Source: an uncultured Methanosarcinales archaeon
GTDB taxonomy: Archaea > Nanobdellota > Nanobdellia > Woesearchaeales > CAZOXR01
Direction: 5' to 3'
Assembly (NCBI GenBank): GCA_964566535.1
Contig: CAZMIO010000007.1
Span: forward strand, 1-56,808
DNA: 56,808 bases
In this document: positions 1 to 9,012 of the stretch, piece by piece
Layout of the letters: every line of letters begins with the position of its first letter
Numbering within the stretch: position 1 is the stretch's first letter
The notes under the pieces: model-generated
Seen by the model: only the letters and a program-made list of their open reading frames with translations
Databases searched by the model: none
What the model was told of the DNA's origin: nothing
Program-made: the position numbers and the translations under genes

Positions 1-2296
1 CTGTTGAGCTTGTAGTAGGGGTTGTTCCGTCAGTTGTGTAATAGGTTGTTGCGCAGTCACTGCCAGTACCATCGTTACAAGATAATGTGATGGTTGCACT
101 GGTTGCCCAACCAGAAGGTGCATTGTCAGTTGTTGTGGGTGCTGTTGTGTCAGTAGGGGTGATTGTGAAGGATAAAGTTGATTCTCTTGAGTTGCCTACA
201 TTATCAAATGCTTTAATTGTTACTGTATGTGCTGCAACTGATAGTGCAGTTAATAATGTATATGGGCTTGTTTTCTCTGTAAATGTGCCATCGTCAACTT
301 GTAATTCATAATGGTGTATGCCGCTCCTATCATCAGTTGTTGAGAAAGAGAACGTAGGGGTTGTGTCGGTTGCTGATGTATCCCATGAAATTGTGAATGT
401 TGATGGTTGGGTGTTGTCTATTTTTATCTTTTTTCCTGTTGCAGCCCAGTGATAGATGTTATCTGCTACGTCCCTTAACTTTGAATAAGCTATAAAATTT
501 CCTTCTGATGAACCAGCTTCAATATCATAAGTCACTAGGATTGCTGTTTCATCATCTCCACATGTATTTCCACCAGCATCAACACAAGCTCCATCATTAA
601 TATCTAGATAGGCTTTAGTCTGGGCACTTTGATCCCAGGGGCCAAACCCAGTTGTGCCAGGATAGAATGCTGCCCTTAAAGTTTCGGGAGCGGCACAACT
701 GTTACCGCAACTTTCTTTGTCAAAAGCAATAGCATCGTATAAAAAAGCACCATCGTCTGTTGATGACATTGTATGGTATGATGTTGTACCATCTTTTACC
801 CAGCAATCATTACCATTTGGATAATCACAATTGGTGAATGTGTGAGAGTTAAAGGTTGGGGCTGTTGTGTCGTCTGATTCAACTGTAAAGGCTAGGTCGT
901 CGTTATCGGAATACCTGTTTGTACTGCAAGTCATCGTTTCAGCACCACGATGCTCTTGAGTGTAAGATTCAATTGCCCTAATCAGATGAGTTCCAGGATG
1001 TCCTGTCAGCTCGAAGGTAGTTGTGAGGGTCTTGACTTGGCTTCGATAGGGACCAGGAGGACAGAGTGAGTAAAATTTATTGACCCAACCATCTCCGTTA
1101 TTATAGGCAACTGCAACTTGAGTGTTGGTAGTACTGTCACACATCACTTCAACGTCTACTTGAACCATGTCTCCAACTGTAAATGTTCCATCTGTTTGGT
1201 CTGTTATTGTTATATCTTCTATATACATAACTCCTGACATACTTCCATCAGCACAATCGCAAGGAGAAGTTTGTTTGTGATTAGCTGCAGTATTACAGCT
1301 ATTGCCGCAATTACATGGAGAAGTGCTGTCGCAGGTTTTTGCTGGNNNNNNNNNNNNNNNNNNNNNNNNNNNNNNNNNNNNNNNNNNNNNNNNNNNNNNN
1401 NNNNNNNNNNNNNNNNNNNNNNNNNNNNNNNNNNNNNNNNNNNNNTCTGCTGGTGTGTCGTCTGCAGCTGGAGCACAGCTACCAGTACAATGATTTAATG
1501 AGCCAGAACAAACACAATTAGTATCTGCTAATGTGGAACATGAACTGTATGTGTTACAAGCATTTGGTAGGCATGAGCTAGTTGCTGAATCTGTTCCACA
1601 AGTTGGTGTACCACAAGCAGCGCAATTGTCACCACCACAGTCAACCGCAGTTTCGCCGTTGTTTTGGGCTCCATCTGTACACGTTTCACAAGTTCCTGCA
1701 TTACAAGTGCCTGAACAAGAACCGCATTCACCACCACAGCCGTCATCACCGCAAGTTAATCCTTCACAAGTTGCTATTCTTGGGTCAACTGCATCACAAG
1801 TTCCATATGTTGTTCCAGAACATGCTTGTGAGCCAGATGCTGAACAAGTTCCAAAGTTAGCAGTACAATCTGCAGGATCTGATCCACAAACACTGGCACA
1901 TCCATCACTACCACAATCCTTGTCAGTGCAATCAGGTACACAACATTGACCAGTTGAGCTATCGCAACCGGGATCTGAACCGCAATTAGTGTAAGTATAT
2001 GACCGAGATGTGCCTGAACAAGAATGTGAGTAAGCCCTTTCAAAAGCACCACATTCATTGTAGTTATTTGACCTACATGAACAACCCAACCAATTCCAAG
2101 ATATGGAGTCGATTTTACTTCCTGTGTTACTGCAACAACTGAATCCCACTATAGATACTGAACAAGATGACATGCTTATACTGACTCCATCACTACAACT
2201 TACAGAAGTTCCTGAACTACTACATGTTGTGGCATAGGAGTTAATTGTGAGGAATAATGATATTACAATTAATAAGAATAGTAACTTGTACTTCAT
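1..2296 (-). CDS. Large secreted Cys-rich surface protein with Ig-like/Thr-rich domains (3' end runs off the window)
   Basis: Not in the ORF track because it has no stop in the window. ATG at 2296 overlaps the upstream TGA (ATGA). Reads MKYKLLFLLIVISLFLTINSYA (signal peptide), then Cys-rich modules (CVPDCTDKDCGSDGC, CGDDGCGGECGSC, ETAVDCGG), stays in frame across the N gap at 1346-1445, then DTTAP-type Ig-like repeats. Confidence 0.85.
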   Translation of the reverse strand, partial: MKYKLLFLLIVISLFLTINSYATTCSSSGTSVSCSDGVSISMSSCSVSIVGFSCCSNTGSKIDSISWNWLGCSCRSNNYNECGAFERAYSHSCSGTSRSYTYTNCGSDPGCDSSTGQCCVPDCTDKDCGSDGCASVCGSDPADCTANFGTCSASGSQACSGTTYGTCDAVDPRIATCEGLTCGDDGCGGECGSCSGTCNAGTCETCTDGAQNNGETAVDCGGDNCAACGTPTCGTDSATSSCLPNACNTYSSCSTLADTNCVCSGSLNHCTGSCAPAADDTPAXXXXXXXXXXXXXXXXXXXXXXXXXXXXXXXXXXPAKTCDSTSPCNCGNSCNTAANHKQTSPCDCADGSMSGVMYIEDITITDQTDGTFTVGDMVQVDVEVMCDSTTNTQVAVAYNNGDGWVNKFYSLCPPGPYRSQVKTLTTTFELTGHPGTHLIRAIESYTQEHRGAETMTCSTNRYSDNDDLAFTVESDDTTAPTFNSHTFTNCDYPNGNDCWVKDGTTSYHTMSSTDDGAFLYDAIAFDKESCGNSCAAPETLRAAFYPGTTGFGPWDQSAQTKAYLDINDGACVDAGGNTCGDDETAILVTYDIEAGSSEGNFIAYSKLRDVADNIYHWAATGKKIKIDNTQPSTFTISWDTSATDTTPTFSFSTTDDRSGIHHYELQVDDGTFTEKTSPYTLLTALSVAAHTVTIKAFDNVGNSRESTLSFTITPTDTTAPTTTDNAPSGWATSATITLSCNDGTGSDCATTYYTTDGTTPTTSST

Positions 2297-2916
2297 GGTG
2301 TAACCTCGTTACAACTTAATAAATTTTTTATATTTATTTTAAATTCTGAAGTATCTATCAATAAGTTGGAATACAGTATTGTCTCAAAAATATCATCCCC
2401 AATAGAAGCGCGTATTGCTAGATATTTATGTTCTGTTTCATCTTCTTCGATGATTTTTAATTCGGCATTGTTATCGCATGTAAATTCTTTAGATTTAGAA
2501 TAATCTGTTGAAGTTGAAATTTGTGATTGAATCTGACAATAATTTACTAATTCTGTATTTTCATCAGTTCCTATTATGATCTTACTATTTGGGTCTTTAA
2601 CATTACTTTTAATTATATTTCTTGAGTCTCCAACGGTTTGGATGTCTGGTTCTTGCTCAAATTCCAACTCACCAAACTCAACGTGATCTCTAAGTAAATT
2701 CAAACAATCTTCTTCATTGAAGGCTGGCTCTTCTTCTATTGGAGTTATTGTTCCTGTTGATTGAGGGGTTGGTTGTTTGATTGAAACTAGTGCGATTACA
2801 ACTAAGATGACTATTACTGAGATTACAATTACAATATGAGAAGTAAAATTCCTTTTTTGAGGGGTTAACGTAGGTCTTACTAAGTCGCCTTTTCTGCTAT
2901 CACCATTGTGATTCAT
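2293..2916 (-). CDS. Hypothetical single-TM membrane-anchored protein
   Basis: 207 aa ORF with one hydrophobic helix (IVIVISVIVILVVIALV), translationally coupled to the downstream giant protein. Confidence 0.75.
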   Translation of the reverse strand: MNHNGDSRKGDLVRPTLTPQKRNFTSHIVIVISVIVILVVIALVSIKQPTPQSTGTITPIEEEPAFNEEDCLNLLRDHVEFGELEFEQEPDIQTVGDSRNIIKSNVKDPNSKIIIGTDENTELVNYCQIQSQISTSTDYSKSKEFTCDNNAELKIIEEDETEHKYLAIRASIGDDIFETILYSNLLIDTSEFKINIKNLLSCNEVTP

Positions 2917-2959
2917 TAGTGCCCCTCTTTATTTATCAATTTTACAATTTATATTATTA

Positions 2960-3520
2960 TTAACCCAAAATGTTTTCGCAATCTTTTTTCATGAATTGAT
3001 TTGTAATTTTTGCGCATAGTGAAACATCTTCGCTATCAAGTGCTTGTTTCATGTTTGCGTTGTTATTGCAAACTTCGTTTTGTAATTCGTCTTTTATTGA
3101 AGCGCAACTGGATGTGTCTCCTGATTCGGCTGTTTTTGAAGAGAGAATAGTGTCACGACAGTTTGTTTTTAGTGCTTCGTTAGAAATTTGGTTGCAAAGG
3201 TTTTCATCGTTCTGTTTGTTAGCTTTTGCTAAGTGGACATTATCAATGCAAGATGATTTTGTTTCTTGGTCAGGGATTTTGTTGCAAGCTGATGTGCTTA
3301 AGCTAGATGCTGCGGTTTTTGATGTGATTGCGTTGATACAGTCATCTTTGATATCTTGTCTAGTGATTTGATTACAAGCAGATTCATCTGAGTTTCTTAA
3401 GGCTGCATCTAATATTGAGAAATCGGTATCGGGAGTTGTTGGTTCCTGCGGAGCTGCTGGTTCTTGCTTTGCACAACCAATTATTAAGAGTAATGTAACG
3501 ACTAAAATGTACTTTTTCAT
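2960..3520 (-). CDS. Lipoprotein-like secreted protein with five C-x11-C repeats
   Basis: SD GAGGTG before MKKYILVVTLLLIIGC (lipobox-like); ~29-aa repeats such as ACNQITRQDIKDDC and LCNQISNEALKTNC. Confidence 0.75.
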   Translation of the reverse strand: MKKYILVVTLLLIIGCAKQEPAAPQEPTTPDTDFSILDAALRNSDESACNQITRQDIKDDCINAITSKTAASSLSTSACNKIPDQETKSSCIDNVHLAKANKQNDENLCNQISNEALKTNCRDTILSSKTAESGDTSSCASIKDELQNEVCNNNANMKQALDSEDVSLCAKITNQFMKKDCENILG

Positions 3521-3664
3521 TAATTCCACCTCTTTTTTACTGTAATATGTACTAATATACCTACTTCAAGCTCAATATTTGAAAAACTGGTATATAAATG
3601 TTTTCATAATGTATATTAGAGAGGATTAGTAAGATTTTTATTGTGAATTGAGTTCTAGATTTAT

Positions 3665-4057
3665 ATGAAAACTTATTTTGTTGTTACTGGTGTTTTGAAG
3701 TTTAAGGATAAGATACTGATACTGAAAAAAGCTCCAAATGACTATAATTATCCGAATAAATGGAGTTTTTGTTCTGGTTTTACTCAAGAGTTTGAGACTG
3801 GCGAAGATAATGTTCTTAGGGAGATTAAAGAGGAGACTGGACTAGATGCAAAAATTGTAAAGACTGGTAAGATAATGGAAGTTATTGATGGGGAGAAGAG
3901 ATGGGTGATTGCAGTTTATCTTTGTGAGACTGATAAGGATGATGTTAAGCTATGCCATGAGAATGTTGATTTTAAGTGGGTTAAATTAGGGGAGTTTGAT
4001 GATTATGATTTTGTTCCTGGACTGATAAAGAAGTTGGATGGTTTGGGGTTGGAATAG
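3665..4057 (+). CDS. NUDIX hydrolase
   Basis: Nudix box G-x5-E-x7-REIKEETG. Confidence 0.9.
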   Translation: MKTYFVVTGVLKFKDKILILKKAPNDYNYPNKWSFCSGFTQEFETGEDNVLREIKEETGLDAKIVKTGKIMEVIDGEKRWVIAVYLCETDKDDVKLCHENVDFKWVKLGEFDDYDFVPGLIKKLDGLGLE

Positions 4058-4252
4058 TTGAAATTCAATGAAAATAAATTGTTACTAAAAATTGAAACTA
4101 ATTAATCAATAAAAACCCAATAAGGTTAAATAAATGGGAAAGTGAAAAATTAATAGAAAATAAATAAATAACAAAATTAAAAATACTATTAATAAATAAA
4201 ATTAAGAAATCCGATGAATTTAAATAGTGCTTTAGGTTTACAATTGAATGGA

Positions 4253-4696
4253 ATGAAAATAATAATTGGATCTGACCACGCTGGATTTAAATTGAAGGAA
4301 GAGATAAAAGAATTCTTGAAGGGTTTGAAGCACAAAGTTAAGGATTATGGTACCGATTCTGAAGAGTCGGTTGACTACCCTAGTTATGGACATAAAGTTG
4401 CAACTGATGTTGCTAAGGATAAAAGTGTAGGGATATTGGTTTGCGGCTCAGGAATTGGGATGTCTATTGTTGCAAATAAAGTTAATGGTATTAGAGCAGC
4501 ACTATGTCACGATGAGTACACTGCTGAGGCTGCTCGTAAGCATAACGATGCAAATGTTTTATGTTTGGGTTCTCGAGTTTTAGAAGGGAAGGATGCTAAA
4601 GGGATTGTAAAGAAGTTTCTTGAGACTAAGGCTAGTACCGAAGATAGACATAAAAGAAGGGTTTTAGAGATAAAGGATTTAGAATGCAGTTCCTAA
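4253..4696 (+). CDS. rpiB: Ribose-5-phosphate isomerase B
   Basis: GSDHAG, DYP, CGSGIG, ANKV and HNDAN motifs; start moved to MKIIIG, ~27 nt after TTTAAATA. Confidence 0.95.
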   Translation: MKIIIGSDHAGFKLKEEIKEFLKGLKHKVKDYGTDSEESVDYPSYGHKVATDVAKDKSVGILVCGSGIGMSIVANKVNGIRAALCHDEYTAEAARKHNDANVLCLGSRVLEGKDAKGIVKKFLETKASTEDRHKRRVLEIKDLECSS

Positions 4697-5166
4697 ATTA
4701 TTTTTTGACGGCTTTAATTTCTTATATTGGTCTTTTTGCAGGTATGTTGCTGATTTTTATGGGACCTGAGGAGAAGAAGCCTGGTGAGAAGTATTTTAGA
4801 ATCATGCAGGATGTTGTTTTGTTTTTGGTTATGTTTTTTCTGTTTTTTAATCTTAAGTTGAATTATTTTTGGGTTTCTTTTTTGATGGTAATTGTGCTGT
4901 TGGTTTTGATATGGTACAGAGCTAAAAAGATTGATAAGGTTGAGAACCAATTTGTTGTTTATACTTTGTTTGGGATAGTGCTACATTTGAGTTTGATCAA
5001 TGCAGAGTTTTTGATTACTGAGGCTTCTTTGATCTTTCTTTATGGGATGGCAACTGGTTCTTTACTGACTAACAGCAAGAAAAAATTTGAGAGTGTTAAG
5101 AATGTTCTTAAGTATAGTTATTTTATTTTGGTTGCGATGCTACCATTTCTTTTTTCTAAACCCTAG
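4684..5166 (+). CDS. Hypothetical multi-pass membrane protein
   Basis: 160 aa with several hydrophobic helices; overlaps the rpiB stop. Confidence 0.75.
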   Translation: MQFLNYFLTALISYIGLFAGMLLIFMGPEEKKPGEKYFRIMQDVVLFLVMFFLFFNLKLNYFWVSFLMVIVLLVLIWYRAKKIDKVENQFVVYTLFGIVLHLSLINAEFLITEASLIFLYGMATGSLLTNSKKKFESVKNVLKYSYFILVAMLPFLFSKP

Positions 5167-5694
5167 ATAAAATCCTATATGGGTTGTGGATATGGATGAT
5201 AAGAATGCCAAAAGGATTATTGTTATTGATTGGGTGAAGGTTAAGGGATAAATAAATGAGATGAACATGATTCCTCCTAATGCTGAGTCAATTTGGTCCC
5301 AGGGGATGAATGGTTGTCCAGGTGAGATGTTAAACCTTCTTTTGATGAAGCTTTCAACTGCATCTCCAAGTAAAACTCCAAAGCCAATTAAGAATCCTAA
5401 AAGAGGGGCGTTAATCTGCTCGTAGTTGATTAGGCTTATTGATTGGAATGAAGCATAATTATAGAGAAATGCTTGGATGTATGCCATTATTATTGCAAAC
5501 AGAATCCCAAAAATTAATCCCCTATATGTTTTGTTGTCTCCCAGAATTCTTTTTTTGTTTAATTCTTTTTTTAGGTCTAAGGGGGTTGCTAATAGTTTGA
5601 AGTGTTTTCTAACTATTATTGGCGCCATATTTGCAAATATCCCTGGAAGCATTAGGTAGATAAGGCCAATTATGAAGTTTACTGCGCTTGACAT
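5140..5694 (-). CDS. carS: CDP-archaeol synthase (CarS) family cytidylyltransferase
   Basis: PGIFANMAP, LGDNKTYRG and GDAVESFIKRR...PG...DQID motifs typical of CarS. Confidence 0.88.
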   Translation of the reverse strand: MSSAVNFIIGLIYLMLPGIFANMAPIIVRKHFKLLATPLDLKKELNKKRILGDNKTYRGLIFGILFAIIMAYIQAFLYNYASFQSISLINYEQINAPLLGFLIGFGVLLGDAVESFIKRRFNISPGQPFIPWDQIDSALGGIMFISFIYPLTFTQSITIILLAFLSSISTTHIGFYLGFRKKKW

Positions 5695-5784
5695 GGGTTA
5701 TCTGAGTACGGTTATTTTTTTAAATGTTTCTGATTATTACCCAAAGTAGAAAAACTTATAAAATAATGTGGCTTTAATATCTTA

Positions 5785-6579
5785 ATGAATAAAGCCTTAC
5801 AACAGAAGCCGGAGATTGATAAATTAAATAACGAAGGTTATGGTATTGTAGATATGCATGTTCATAGTGATTATTCTTGTGATGGTGCTGTTAAGGTTGA
5901 TGATTTACTGAAGAAAGCTAGACAGTTAGGGATTGGTCTTGCTATAACTGACCATAACAAGATTGAAGGGAGTATTGAGGCTGCAAGGAAGAGTAACGGA
6001 GTGTTGATAATTCCAGGGATTGAGTTACGGTCAAGGGAAGGGATAGATATCTTGATTTATTTCTATAAGATAAGTGAGATGAAGGATTTCTATGGGAAAC
6101 ATATTCAAGGGAATAGAAAAAGGGATGTGCAGGGCTCATCAAGACTAAATATAGTGCAGATTGTTGAGACTTTGAAAAAATATAGATGTTTAGTTTGTAT
6201 TGCTCATCCTTACAGATTTTATTTGAAGAAGTTTTTTAATATAATGTTTAAGACTAGGAGAAATAAAGAATTGTTTAAGTTGTTCGAGACAATTGAAGTT
6301 ATTAATGGGAAGAATCTTCGAAGAAAGAATAAGAAGGCTATAAGGAAAGCTAATCAAATGTCAAAGCATTTTGTTGCTGGTTCTGATGCTCACAGATTAA
6401 AGGATGTTGGAAATGCAGTCACGTGCTGTAAAGGTGCAAATACTGTTGAAGAATTTTTAGATCATATCGTTAAAAATAGAAATGTGATTGTTGCTGGCAA
6501 AGAGGCTAAGCTTTCTTATAAGGTTGTAGGGCCGTTGATGGCTATGAGGAATGCTTTGTTTCATTGGGTTAAGAAGTAA
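5785..6579 (+). CDS. PHP-domain metal-dependent phosphoesterase
   Basis: DMHVHS, ITDHN, PGIE, AHP and GSDAH motifs. Confidence 0.9.
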   Translation: MNKALQQKPEIDKLNNEGYGIVDMHVHSDYSCDGAVKVDDLLKKARQLGIGLAITDHNKIEGSIEAARKSNGVLIIPGIELRSREGIDILIYFYKISEMKDFYGKHIQGNRKRDVQGSSRLNIVQIVETLKKYRCLVCIAHPYRFYLKKFFNIMFKTRRNKELFKLFETIEVINGKNLRRKNKKAIRKANQMSKHFVAGSDAHRLKDVGNAVTCCKGANTVEEFLDHIVKNRNVIVAGKEAKLSYKVVGPLMAMRNALFHWVKK

Positions 6580-6603
6580 AGTTAAATATAAATTATTAAG
6601 AAT

Positions 6604-6948
6604 CTAAAGTTCTAAGTCAACTACGCCGCCTAATGTTTCTATTTCTCCGCCAACTATGTATAAGACTGGTTCTGCTGCTTTTGTATACCCATCTGCTATT
6701 AATTGTGCCGCTGAAGTTAAGTAAATGTTCCTTATGTGTTGCCCTTCTGGTGCATTTTGGTCCATATCGGGCCTCGGAGGTGGAGAGATTTGAGTCATTA
6801 CTCTTCCCCTTTCTCTTTTTTGGTAAGGAGTATACTCTGCGGTTGCTGCGTCTGAAGCGAGTGCAGCTCTTGCAAATCTGGTAGAATCTGGAGATGTAAC
6901 CATTCCTGTTAAACCTGTTTGACTTACTCCTGATATTGGGTTAAGCAT
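6604..6948 (-). CDS. Hypothetical protein
   Basis: 114 aa ORF with SD GGTGA upstream and a TATA-like TATATA further upstream; no recognised motif. Confidence 0.6.
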   Translation of the reverse strand: MLNPISGVSQTGLTGMVTSPDSTRFARAALASDAATAEYTPYQKRERGRVMTQISPPPRPDMDQNAPEGQHIRNIYLTSAAQLIADGYTKAAEPVLYIVGGEIETLGGVVDLEL

Positions 6949-7082
6949 CTATTATTCACCTTTAGTTAAATGTATATATAATTATTTAGTAAGAATGAGT
7001 ATATAAATGTTACTACTTTAAAATGAATATCAGAAATGAGACATTTCTGAGTATGATCAGAGTATAGAGTATTTCTGACATA

Positions 7083-7706
7083 TTAGATAGAGTCGTGCAA
7101 CTTTCTAATCTTGTCTAGGAGTTCTGTTGTTTTTTCTTTTAGGAATTCTTTAGTTACTTTGTCTGTTTTGATTACGTAGGGTTTGCCGAACTTTATTCTG
7201 ACTTGTTTTTTGAACTTTGGGATGATCTTTCTTTGTGGGGCAACGTCATAAGCTCCTTTTATTGCAATTGGTACTATTGGGGCCTGGGTCTCCAGCGATA
7301 ATCTTATTGCGCCTGACTTTCCTTTCGTCCTTACTTTTCCGTCTTGTTTGGATGGGTCTTTTGGGAAACCTCCTTCAGGGAAGATTGCGATGAATTTTCT
7401 TTTTTTTAGTTGGGCTAGTAATGCATTGTAAGCCTCTTTTGGGTCATCCAGGATGATACATCCTGCCCATTTTGTTGATATTGTCTTTCCAAAAACTTTC
7501 AACATCTGGCCTCGGTTTGCAAGAAAATGTACCTTATGGTTTTTTTGTTTCAAAACTGGCTTGATGATAAAGAAAGGGTCATAATAGGACGAATGGTTGG
7601 CAGCTAAAATAGCAGGAGGGTCAGGGATATTTTCCATGCCCTCTACTTTTTTCACTAAAAGATTTATCAGCGGAAGGACTGTCCTTTTATAGATTGGATG
7701 GACCAT
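7083..7706 (-). CDS. plsC: PlsC-family lysophospholipid (1-acyl-G3P) acyltransferase
   Basis: Catalytic NHSSYYD (HX4D), FPEG block and PIVPIAI motif. Confidence 0.88.
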   Translation of the reverse strand: MVHPIYKRTVLPLINLLVKKVEGMENIPDPPAILAANHSSYYDPFFIIKPVLKQKNHKVHFLANRGQMLKVFGKTISTKWAGCIILDDPKEAYNALLAQLKKRKFIAIFPEGGFPKDPSKQDGKVRTKGKSGAIRLSLETQAPIVPIAIKGAYDVAPQRKIIPKFKKQVRIKFGKPYVIKTDKVTKEFLKEKTTELLDKIRKLHDSI

Positions 7707-7727
7707 TATAGCAGTTATCTAATGGGG

Positions 7728-7741
7728 AATATTTAAATATT
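7728..7741. promoter_or_regulatory. Palindromic bidirectional TATA element shared by plsC and pgsA
   Basis: AATATTTAAATATT is a perfect 14-bp palindrome, equidistant (22 positions) from the plsC ATG (7706) and the pgsA ATG (7763). Confidence 0.65.
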
Positions 7742-7762
7742 ACGTATTGATTCATGATTTGT

Positions 7763-8299
7763 ATGAAAGGCGAATATTTTAACATTCCAAATTTTTTGAC
7801 TATGTTGAGATTTATTTTTTCTCCGGTATTTTTAATATTATTTTTGAATGGTGAGACTGGGATTGGGTTGGTTGTTTTTGCATTTGTTGCCATTACTGAT
7901 ATGATTGATGGGTGGGCTGCAAGGACTTTAGACCAAAAAACAAGGTTTGGAAAGTTTATTGATCCGATGGCAGATAAGTTTATGATTGCTTTGGCCTTAG
8001 TTTCTTTAGTGTTGAAGTTTGGTTTTCCAATCTGGGCAATACCTTTGATTGTACTCAGAGATGTTGTTTCATTGACAGGTTCTGCAATTGTTGCTGCTAA
8101 GAAGAAAGGACCTTGGGTTGCTAGCAGATTGGGTAAGTTGACTACACTATTTCAGATAGTTACAGTTGTAGTGTTTATCTTTAATTTTTATAAAATGATC
8201 TTCCTTTGGATTGCGATTGGCTTTAGTGTTGCTACTGCAATTGAATATGGTGTTAGGGGAATGAAGATAATTTTAAGTGATAAGAAGAAGAAAAATTAA
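7763..8299 (+). CDS. pgsA: CDP-alcohol phosphatidyltransferase (PgsA-like)
   Basis: NIPNFLT...R and D-x2-DG-x2-AR-x7-G-x3-D-x2-AD motif. Confidence 0.9.
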   Translation: MKGEYFNIPNFLTMLRFIFSPVFLILFLNGETGIGLVVFAFVAITDMIDGWAARTLDQKTRFGKFIDPMADKFMIALALVSLVLKFGFPIWAIPLIVLRDVVSLTGSAIVAAKKKGPWVASRLGKLTTLFQIVTVVVFIFNFYKMIFLWIAIGFSVATAIEYGVRGMKIILSDKKKKN

Positions 8300-8946
8300 G
8301 TTCTATGATTTTTTGAGAACATCATCTTTGCCTGGGTTTTTGCTACGTGAATACATTCGCTGATTAGAGATGATAGGCCTTCTTTTTTTGCCCTTAAGAT
8401 GTGGGTTACGCCTTTCATTCCAACTTGTCGTACTTTTAGTTTGCGGTCTTTGTAGTAACGGTTAATTACTGATTCGATGCCCCACCCTTCTATCAATGGA
8501 TTGCTCATTATTTTTTTGAAGTCTTTGTATTTCATAGCTCGTTCTCCTGCTAATTGGAATACGTAGTAGATGAATGTGAAGCCCCTTACTGGATTGTCTT
8601 TTATGCCCATGCACATCTCTACTTGCCCTTTGATTACTGGATTGATTATTTCGTTAATATTTTGTTCTTTGAATCTTATCAAGTCTGCATCACACATAAA
8701 GACAATATCTGTTTTAAGACCTTTGATTCCCTCTCTAATTGCGTTTCCTTTGCCCATGTTTTTTTTGAGGTTGACGAATTTTATTTTTTTTGATTTAAAC
8801 TTTTTTACTTCTTTTGCTGAATTGTCTTTTGAGCCGTCATTTATTATTAAGATATTATCTAACATTTTTGAGTTTACTAAGACCTTTAGAACATTACCTA
8901 CTGTTTTTCCTTCGTTGTATACTGGGAGAATGCATGTTACTTTCAT
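8296..8946 (-). CDS. Glycosyltransferase family 2
   Basis: ILPVYNE, INDGSKD, GKG and DAD motifs. Confidence 0.92.
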   Translation of the reverse strand: MKVTCILPVYNEGKTVGNVLKVLVNSKMLDNILIINDGSKDNSAKEVKKFKSKKIKFVNLKKNMGKGNAIREGIKGLKTDIVFMCDADLIRFKEQNINEIINPVIKGQVEMCMGIKDNPVRGFTFIYYVFQLAGERAMKYKDFKKIMSNPLIEGWGIESVINRYYKDRKLKVRQVGMKGVTHILRAKKEGLSSLISECIHVAKTQAKMMFSKNHRT

Positions 8947-9012
8947 CTTGATTGGTATAATTGAGTGGTAGGTTTATAAAAGTTTTTATATTCTGAATTA
9001 TTTGTTAATTGT

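Noticed and set aside
87..2058. Short ORF-track entries (e.g. 87-311, 1533-1949, 1774-2058)
   Set aside because: They are antisense or out-of-frame shadows of the large Cys-rich minus-strand gene starting at 2296.
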